Positions 54,065 to 64,000 of a stretch of DNA of 64,000 bases are shown piece by piece. Source of the stretch: Octopus sinensis. Lineage: Eukaryota. The stretch's first letter is position 1. Every line of letters begins with the position of its first letter. Position numbers and translations under genes: made by a program. The notes beneath the pieces are model-generated. The model was given only the letters and a program-made list of their open reading frames with translations. It searched no databases and had not been told where the DNA came from. Location: NCBI RefSeq assembly GCF_006345805.1, contig NW_021833263.1, positions 1 through 64,000 of the forward strand, written 5' to 3'.

Positions 54065-54589
54065 TATATATATATTATATATATATATAATATATATATA
54101 TATAATGTATGTATGTATACATACACATACACACACATATATGTGTGTGTGTAAATTATCATATTGTAGCCAGATAGACGGCAATAAACGAGGTAGAATG
54201 TATTATTAACAAGTTTATCTTGGATGGGAGGTGACACATTTAGGAAATAGCCGGAATATAATTCAGGTTGATAAATATCTTTCATTTAATAATGAAATGA
54301 AGAGACTTCGATGAACGCCAGTTGATAAATCAAACATGATTGAGTCAAAAGAGGTAATCAGTAAAGTCGATACATTAACAAACCTTCACCTTCTCTATTA
54401 TCACACAGAAAAGGTCAAAGTCTCCTCTGCATCCATCTCTATAGAATAATAAAAGCTGGTGATATAAACGATGGTTGGTTGGTTGATTGGTTGGTTGGTT
54501 GGCTGGGTGGTATCCTCTACATCGTATAGAGCGAGAATAAGTGAAAGAGTAAGAACGCGGTAGAGGGTGGATTGACATACGAGGTGTGG

Positions 54590-55060
54590 ATGAGTGTACG
54601 TGATCGCAGGTATTAACTTTTTGAAAAAAGTATATATTTTTAAATGAGATTTTGAAGAGATAAGTTTAGGCATCTTTCTAGGAAGTGATAAACTCTGATG
54701 TGGCACTAGTGACTTTGTTTGCATCCAGTGGTGTAGAAAAGTTTTGTGGGGCAAATGCATACGTTGTTTAAAGAATGCAATTGGCCCAGTGCAAGGACAT
54801 TCCTTAATTTAAAAGACTCCAGACACAGGCATTGCTTAAGTTTTTAACATGTCTATTATGTGTTGCATGCAAAGGCTGACTGTGGCTAAAAAGACGAAGT
54901 GAGTAACGAGCTCCCTGAACACCTGATGCAAGAGGTGACCATCGTTGCCACGTCTGTGCAAAGGACTGCAGGTTCCTAGCAGGATTGTAAATCCAAATCC
55001 ATGCTGCTTTAAGAGAACAATCCAGCGATAGCATCACACGAATTCGACTGGCAGTCATCA
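54590..55060 (+). pseudogene. Probable decayed RTE-clade LINE 3' fragment
   Basis: HRCHVCAKDCRFLAGL*IQIH resembles the terminal C..C..C..GL..H motif of RTE elements; upstream sequence is too decayed to read. Confidence 0.4.
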
Positions 55061-55127
55061 CTAGCGTGTGCGTATTATGTATGCTTGCATCTATATATGT
55101 ATGCTTATATGATTGTATATATTCACA

Positions 55128-56025
55128 TGCAGGGTGTCACAAAATTAAGGCAACCAACCTTTTTTTCATTTTTGCCAAAGCAAAACTGTTATATTTCGCG
55201 TCCGAGCGTTGCAATGCAATGGTAAAGGAAACACAGTCATGACACTACTACATTTATTCGATATGACCAAATCTCTTCCTAATCACAGCTTTAACTCTAG
55301 GTGCAAATGCTACACACGCGGCATGTAGCTGTTCTTGTGGAATCGAAGCTCATTCCTGGCTCTGTTTTTCCTTCAGAGCATCGAGCGAAGCATAAAGAGT
55401 GTGCGAAACCTTACTTTCCAAATTAGAGCAAACAGAAAAATCTAACGGGTTGAGATCAGAGCTTCTTGAGGGCCATTACATCCTTGCTTATGAAGGACGG
55501 AATGTTTTTTCTGAACCCAGTGTTGTGCCTGTTTGGAGCTGTGGGATGGTACCGAGACCTGTTGCACGGTGTAAGGTGCGCCTTGAAAGTGCTCATTCAC
55601 CCATGGAAGCAGTTCAGCTTCCAGAATGTCGCTAAAATATTCTTCATCACTCGATACATCGATGTTCAGACTATTTTTGCTGAGGTAGCCAGTTTTCACT
55701 GTATCTTTCCTCTGGTACTTTTGATAAGCTGAGGGGTCTGCACACTTCTTTTTCGGTCATGACTAGCTGGGACCAGTCTATTGAAACATCTTGACAATTT
55801 TCCAGACTGATGTTCGATTAATTTTAAACTCTTCTGCTACAGCTGTATTACTTTCGCCTCCTTTCTGGAGGGTTATCGTTGTATTTCGGTCAATAGCTAG
55901 TCTAATTTATAAAACTATAAGACACTCTAAGCATTTGTAATGATGTATAATTTTCATCTTATCACATTTATTGATACTTATTAAAGCCTGAATCTTCAGT
56001 TGCATTAATTTCGGGATACTCCGTA
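55128..56025 (-). mobile_element. maT-like (DD37D) transposon, internally deleted, both TIRs degenerate
   Basis: HTH piece ESNTAVAEEFKINRTSVWKIVKMF joins YFSDILEAELLPWVNEHFQGAPYTVQQ(D>V)S.PSH..WPSRSSDLNPLD..VIRKRFGHIE*. There are 37 residues between the second and third Asp positions after repairing frameshifts. Ends 55128-55147 and 56006-56025 match 14/20 as inverted repeats. Confidence 0.78.
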
Positions 56026-56087
56026 TGTGTATATGTACACATGTACATATACATGTGAACGTATGTATTCATATATGATTATATATA

Positions 56088-56481
56088 TTCTTTTAATCTA
56101 TTACTTGTTTCAGTCATTTGACTGCGGCCATGCTGGAGCACCGCCTTTAGTCGAACAAATCGATCAAAGAACTTATTCTTTGTAGGCTTAGTACTTATTC
56201 TATCGGTCTCTTTTGCCAATCCGCTAAGGTTAGGAGGACGTAAACACTCCAACATTTGTTGCCAAGCGATGAGGGGGGGGGGCACATATACATTCATACA
56301 TATATATACATACACACACATTCACACGTATATATATACATATATGACGGGCTTCTTTCAATTTCCGTCTGCTAAATCCACTCACAAGGCTATTTTCGGC
56401 TAGAGGCTACAGTAGATGACACTTGCCCGGAACAATGTGATTGGGAAGCAAACTTCTCACCACACGGCCACACCTACGCCT
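56088..56481 (-). mobile_element. SINE family 2, near full length
   Basis: Minus strand has head GTGTGGCCGTGTGGTGAGAAGTTTGCTTCCCAATCAC, GGGCAAGTGTC core, internal TA/TG tract and tail GGCGGTGCTCCAGCATGGCCGCAGTCAAATGACTGAAACAAGT. Confidence 0.8.
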
Positions 56482-56551
56482 ATAGTTAATAAATATTAAC
56501 CAGCAATTCTCTATTTCTTCTCTTAATTTATATATATGTTTATGTATTTAC

Positions 56552-56593
<42 letters not shown>

Positions 56594-57453
56594 GTGTGTG
56601 TGTGTGAGTATTAAATTAAGTTATGAGCAAGTTATCATCAGGGAAAAGCTGGACATTATAAAATTACATGTTGACCTATCTGTTCATTCCAACTGTTTGT
56701 GGGAATGTATACCTAATATATGCCTACTGATTTAGTGAAATTTTATTTCTCAAAGACATAAGGTATTGAACTAGTGTTTTCTTGGGTATAATCATCCCTT
56801 TAAGAAGTTAATATAGCCTCTAATTAACTTTTATACATGTATGTATGTATGTATGTATGTATGTATGTATGCATGCATGTATGTATATCTTAATAATACT
56901 AAAACACTAGGGATGTTTGTTTATACCCGAATTGTCTCAGAAATAGTATATTTTGTCTTAATTTTTTTTTTTTTGCATATGCATTCTCGATGTCATATTC
57001 GTTGAAAGCAAACACAATAAACTGAAAAGAAAAAAAAACATAAAATAAAACTCCGTTGCTGGGAATCTCAGACTTCCCAGGTGACCCAACAAATCACAGA
57101 TAGTCTAGTATATATATATGTGTAATGTTTGTTTTCATTAATCAATTACAGGAGTCGCTCGAAATGGTCGTAATGAATTAAGACATTTATGTCTTCGTTA
57201 CTCATTTATATTTTATTCACCTACCTTGGGATTTGCACTTCGGAATACTATGCAGAATACCTTTATATCATGTACATATCTGAACTACCAAGAGAGGATA
57301 TCTTCACTCAGCGAGGTTGCATTCTCTGCACACACGGCAGGAATATTAGCTGCAAAAACTCATGTAATACGTTTGGACTGCGGATTATACCGACCTAACA
57401 GGATCATAACTTAAGTACCTAATTCAACTGAATGTACATGCATATATATATGT

Positions 57454-57539
<86 letters not shown>

Positions 57540-58892
57540 GAGAGAGAGAGAGACAGAGAGAGAGAGAGAGACAGACAGACAAACAAATAGATAGATACAC
57601 ATACATACACGTTCGTCCTTGAAATTAATGTCGATATCTTCCTTCAGTAAACTCCAGGGAATGTTTTTGGAAATCCTTCCTCAATATCTCAACTCCATTG
57701 TATCAAGGGAATATGAATCAGAATTATTTCAAGAACACGCCCCACAAGTTTCAAACCCCGCATCAATATTTTAGCATATATCCCACAACAACTCTCCTCG
57801 TGGTTATAAATGGCTACGTAGAATCCCTTACCATATACATTATGCCATATCGGAAGGTAATAACTTGATGACATTTTTCTACGACTATTATTGAATCAAG
57901 TTTCTAAACGAACAAAAAAATGATCAATATAAGAATTTTTATTGCAACATCAGTATAAATTCACATGAGAAATTTTTAGAAAAGTTCTACGTATTTTATA
58001 TTTTATCCACTTTTTCTGGCTGAAATTCCAGAATATGAATGTAACTGGCCATTTTATGCCTGGCAATGTGATAGATTCAATCAATAATTAGTATTTATTG
58101 GGGCCTTTTCATTAATTTTTTATTCATTTCAGATAAAGTATTCGCATCAGATGCGCCCATGAATTCCACAGCATAATCGATGGGAGTACGTGCGTATATA
58201 TGCATGTATGTATGTATGTATGTATGTATGTATGTATGTATGTATGTATGTATGTATGTATGCATGTATGCATGTATGTATGTATGTATGTATGTATGTA
58301 TGTACGTATATATTATATATGCATGTATGTAGTATGTATGTATGATGTATGTATGTATGTATGTATGTAGTATGTATGTATGTATGTATGTATGTATGCA
58401 TGTATGCATGTATGTATGTATGTATGTATGTATGTATGTATGTAGTATGTATGTATGTATGCATGTATGTATGTATGTATAGGTATTTTTGTATGTACGC
58501 ATAGGTGATTTTGTGTGTATGAATGTGCATGTATGCATGTATGTATGTAATTATATATGTATGCGTGTTTGTATGTATCTATTTATGTAGGTATGTTTTT
58601 ATGTATCTATGAGCGTAATAGATATCTATACAGCCTCCATTTATGTATGTATGTATGTAAGTATGTATGTATGTATATGCATACATTACACATACATACA
58701 CATATTTACATATTTATACATACATGCATATATATGTATAATATATATACCTGTACACCAGTAAAACAACAGCCATCTGTGAAGTACAAACTAGGCATGT
58801 GTGATTGTGAGTGTATATGTATATGTGTATATACGTATATGTATGTATGTGTGTGTCTTTGTGTGTCTGTGTGTCTGTGTATGTATGTATAT

Positions 58893-58936
<44 letters not shown>

Positions 58937-58939
<3 letters not shown>

Positions 58940-59384
58940 AGATAAATAAAAATATATGCATACATACAAACATATATGTACGTACCTACATCTACATGTA
59001 TATATACATGCATATATAAATAATTATACGGAAGTACAGGACATCACAATAAGACGTAGAAACAGAAAAAGCCAAAAAACAAAAAACAAGAAAACGGAAA
59101 ACGAAAACCAAATACAGGACAGGTTACACAAGGACAAAACCCCCGTCATCAGCTGTCGCTAGAGGAGTCAGGCATGTTTCGAAGGCATAACAGAACACTA
59201 ATCCAATAGGCCTTCCTGCGAGAGAATTAAAATAAAATTTCAAGCAGCGGGGCACAATGAGTACGAACACAAACAAGACGTAACAATAAGACTGCAAAAT
59301 TAAAATACATGTACAAAAACAAACACAAGAGGACGAACGAAAAAGCCTTTTTTCTGGCATAGACAAGCAATAAAACTGCAAAAA
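58937..59384 (-). mobile_element. Family C copy 2 (longer)
   Basis: Reverse complement of 38241-38551 plus about 155 nt of extra 5' sequence; TA flanks on both sides. Confidence 0.75.
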
Positions 59385-61326
59385 TATATATATATATATA
59401 TATATGCGCATGTATGTATATATATATACCTATACATAACTATATCTTTGTTTGTCAACTCTGTGACCAGGTCATTTACAAGCACTACTAAAACATGTAT
59501 GAATGCATAAATGTATGTTTGTATGTACGTATGTATGTATATATATATATATGTGTGTGTGTGTGTATATATATATATGTATGTATGCATGTATGTATGC
59601 ATGTATGTATGTATGTATGTATGTATGTATGTATGTATGTATGTATGTATGTATGTATGTATGTATGTGTATATGGGATCTAATCTTTTTCATTCGCAAA
59701 ATGAGCCCCATTTAATTTTGCTCAGATTGCTTTCCATTTTGGTGTATCGATGCAACTCTGAATTTTGATTACGACCAACCAATTACTTTATCTTGTAAGT
59801 TAAAGAATCTGATGTTATTTGGAATTAAAGTTGGAAAATTTGGGTAATTGTAGCCAATCAACAGACAGCGAGACATTAACAGTTTGTTACCATGACAGCC
59901 ACACGTTGTGTTGTGTTTCACCTGCTTGTTGTGTTGATTCTTCACGCTACGAGATTTACTTCACCCACGTGTTTTGTTTCAATAAAAATTTATATTTACC
60001 AAATAGAATTTTATTGTAGATATTTTTCGTCAACTGTCTTAATATTTTACATATTTTTCATATATAGCAAAAGTTGTTTGCGATGTTTATACAGTTTCTT
60101 GGCAAAATGAAGGTGAATGGAATGTGTGAATCTAGTACTGACTGACAGAAGAGCAGTCCTCAAAAGTAATTGACACTAAACACATTGCTACCCGTTGGCA
60201 CCCCAGCCCTACAGACATTTTAATATGGTCCCTCGAAATGCCTTCATGCAGCAGTGCTCTCTCTGTCTAATAGCTAAACCTGATTGTTGGTCACTAAAGA
60301 ATATCTCGTAGACCTTTTGTCTCTACGTGATATACTTTAAGGACTTAACTTTCTCTACACTTGAAGACTAGTTATCTAGTAGTCCTTCTCTGAGCTAACC
60401 TTCTATTGTACCGTTCATAGTATGACGTGTACTGCGACAATACAATCCTGCCAGCTTTGTAGTTTTCTCGCCATTGATCTACATGGAACATGTAGAATAG
60501 ATAAATGTTGTCCCGATTTTCCGTTCTCCACATGACTGCATCCTTTGTTGCTGTTGCTCCTTAAGAATAAGTGTTGTGTTTAAATCCCCATTACTGGGCA
60601 GATTATATATTATATCTTGAAAACTTTTAATTTCGTTAGCCCATTGGTTGTAACCAGTGTTTAGATATGTCTTTTGTCAACTCACGCTTGATTGTAGTCT
60701 GTACTTGATTAAAATGTGAAGTCATTTACATAATTACAATAATCTATTTCATTTTGGGAAGCTGTGTCACCAGCGGAAGAAATCAAATCAACATTTACTA
60801 TATGAGCGTATCTTTCAAATTAAAATTAAAATAGTTGAGTCAAAACACTCCGTTTAAAACCACTCTCATACGGTTGTGTGGGATGAAGTTTGAGGTGTGG
60901 TCTAGTAGGATAGCTTGTCTTATATCCCGGGTATATGCTGGACTTGTCCAGTTTATACCTTTGAGTACAAAACAGAATTGGTCACCTGGTGGTATAATTT
61001 ACGATATTGCATTGGTCACTAAGGAAGTAACAAGGATCTTTTGTTAAAGTCAAAATAGCTTTTAGTGTTTGTATTATCTGAATTGGTTGCGGTGTGTGGG
61101 TATGTGTGTGTGCGCGCGCACGCACGAGTGTTTTTCTTGTATATATGTATGTGTGTAATGGGTGAGCATGACTTCTTTACTACATGTGTTTGTAAGTATA
61201 TGAATGTGAGCGTGAGTTTAACCCAGGAACCTCTAATGGAGAATGCCAGGAATGTACGGAATGTACGTATTTATGACTGTGCATGGTGTGTCTCAGTACT
61301 ACTCTGTATGTGTGTGTATGTATGTG

Positions 61327-61370
<44 letters not shown>

Positions 61371-61681
61371 TGCAGACGGAAGTTAGTTGTAATCTGTAAA
61401 TCACAGACCTATGTTTGGTCAGGTTTGGCACTACAGGTAGCTGAGTTTTAAATGTCATTCAGGTCAGTTTCAGACTTCCATTCCGCACTTGTACTTTTCA
61501 CACCAACCAGTCGCTGCTAATAACAATTTTCCTCATCTATCTGTCTAATTATCTATCTATACACCTGCTTCTGTGTATCTATCTTTCTTTTTCAAACTAT
61601 TTTATCTCTCTTCTCTCTCTCTCTCTCCGCTTTCTCTGTCTCTCTCTTCTCTCTCTCCCCTTTCTCTCTGTCTCTCTCTCT

Positions 61682-61719
<38 letters not shown>

Positions 61720-61722
<3 letters not shown>

Positions 61723-61960
61723 AATAAAATAGAACATATGCATATATATAAACATATATGTACGTACCTACCTCTACATGTACATATACACGCATATATG
61801 TGTACAGGACACCAAAAAGACGTCGAACACATAGAGAGACGAAAAACATAGACACAAACCAAGGAACAAGACAAGCAAAAAAAGAGATACAGGACAATAA
61901 GCACAACGAAAAATCCCCTTCTTCAGTCGCTAAGGTTTCATCTACTAAACGTTTCGAAGG

Positions 61961-61961
<1 letters not shown>
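61720..61961 (-). mobile_element. (TA)n-inserted element family D, related to C
   Basis: Minus strand reads CCTTC-GAAA-(25 nt)-CTGAAGA-AGGGG, followed by a T-rich body and the terminal ATGTAGAGGTAGGTACGTACATATATGTTT block shared with family C. Confidence 0.65.
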
Positions 61962-61992
<31 letters not shown>

Positions 61993-62576
61993 ATGTATGC
62001 ATGTATGTGTGTATATATATATATTCACTCATACACACATACACACTCTCACACACACACACACACTCACACGCACACACACACACACACGCACGCACGC
62101 ACATCATACACAGAAACACACACACACACACATATAAAGATATAGAGGAGTGAATATGTGCAATTGCTTGAGTGTGTTTTTCAGAATAAAGCTTCTCCTT
62201 TCATGAGACTCAAGTTCGTGTTTAGATTTTGATGTTCCTGATTGGCACGTGTCTCAAATTGGTATAAATGCGCGTGCGCTAACTTTAAGTGTCTGTGACT
62301 CTATGTGCGTCTGTGTATGTATGGGGCTGTGTGCGTGCGAGTGTGTACGCGTGTTAGTGTGTGTGTGGGTAATTGTGTGTACATGTGCACAGCACTGTAT
62401 ATGTTCGTGTGTGGTATTCTGGGACATTTTATGTGCGTGTATGTTCTGTGTACATATGGGAATGTATGCATGTATACACACACATATATAAACATATATG
62501 TATACATACTTATACATGTGTTTATGTATATGTATACATATATATGTATGTATTTATATATATATATATAATATAT

Positions 62577-62622
<46 letters not shown>

Positions 62623-62705
62623 AATATATATATATATACACACACAGATATCCATCTGTATGCTTTGTGCATCACACGAATATAAACACACTCATTCAGG
62701 CACGC

Positions 62706-62785
<80 letters not shown>

Positions 62786-62950
62786 GTATGTGTATGTATA
62801 TATGTATGTATGCATATATGTATATATATATATGTATGTATCTATGTACACATTTATTTACGCTTATATGCATATATATTAATATATATAGATGTAGATG
62901 TGAACACATTGAGTGAAAGCATGTGAAGTAGTCAGATATATACGTGTGTG

Positions 62951-63032
<82 letters not shown>

Positions 63033-63382
63033 TATATATGTATATATATGCGTATATATGTAAGTACATATGTATGCACACACGCGCGCGATATAGCACA
63101 CACACGCAACACGCACACATACACCAACCACTTCCCATCGTTGTACAATTGCCGTGTTCACTAGTCACGTCTCCATCGTTGATAGTACCAAAGGCCTCAA
63201 GTAGAACCGTGCCACAATAGCACGATCGAACCCTCCCGACCTTCTATACACAGCCGGCTTCTACACCAGCACGAACCGAATAAAACGGAAAACTATTCGT
63301 CACTCCTCTCACGATGTATACGCACTTCATTATATACCACACACACGCTCATCGTGTGCGTGTGTATGTGTACATACATACA

Positions 63383-63436
<54 letters not shown>

Positions 63437-63451
63437 TACATACATACATAC

Positions 63452-63486
<35 letters not shown>

Positions 63487-63943
63487 CATACATATACACA
63501 GTTGTACCTATACATGCACAATCTGCTTCTGCATGTATGTACATATATCTGTATATACATGTTTATATGCACATCTATATATAGAATATATTTATATATC
63601 CTCATATATATATACACGTATCCTTCAATGATTTTTATGCGACTAAGTGTGCTGGTTTCCAATAATACACACAGGTAAGTATGCGTGTGTGCGTATGTAT
63701 GTGTGTGCATGCATGTGTGCGTGACAGTCAAAGCACATATAGCAACAATATGACATATTCACATTATGTTGCACCAGACATATAGTAATAAGCACATACA
63801 TACACATACACGTCACGAACACGCCTACACCCACACAGCTACACATGCACACAAACACACATAGCAACAGTTACACATGCGCAAGTCCATAGACACACAC
63901 ACACACACGCACGCACATATATATAAGCGTATGTATATGTGTT

Positions 63944-63984
<41 letters not shown>

Positions 63985-64000
63985 TTAGATATATATATAT

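Noticed and set aside
57600-57900. Possible transposase C-terminal fragment
   Set aside because: Only isolated tripeptide resemblances; not supportable without a profile search.

Overview
AT-rich, microsatellite-saturated animal genomic DNA. It is most likely octopus/cephalopod, inferred from the SINE families and repeat landscape and not confirmed by any search. I find no host protein-coding gene, tRNA, rRNA or CRISPR array that I can support, and most ORFs in the supplied track are translations of microsatellites. The window is a graveyard of mobile elements: four Penelope-like element (PLE, GIY-YIG) remnants; Tc1 (DD36E), mariner and maT-like (DD37D) transposase remnants; two MITE-like elements; RTE, Tx1/L1 and R4/Dong LINE 3' ends; and about 15 SINE copies. 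The most interesting signal is a set of hammerhead-ribozyme (HHR)-bearing sequences inserted in (TA)n tracts. These are a 2.3-kb PLE with inverted pseudo-LTRs and a fully drawable HHR (10930-13250), a fold-back solo copy of the same pLTR (38607-38927), five copies of a ~205-bp element with a minimal HHR in two subfamilies, and three diverged ~240-450-bp families sharing an unexplained GAAA-(24-25 nt)-CUGANGA arrangement. Different retroelement classes sit in different microsatellites: PLE/HHR in TA, Dong in TAA and Tx1 in GATA. HHRs in PLE pLTRs are established biology, so any novelty lies in these particular families and motif variants and needs database and biochemical checks.
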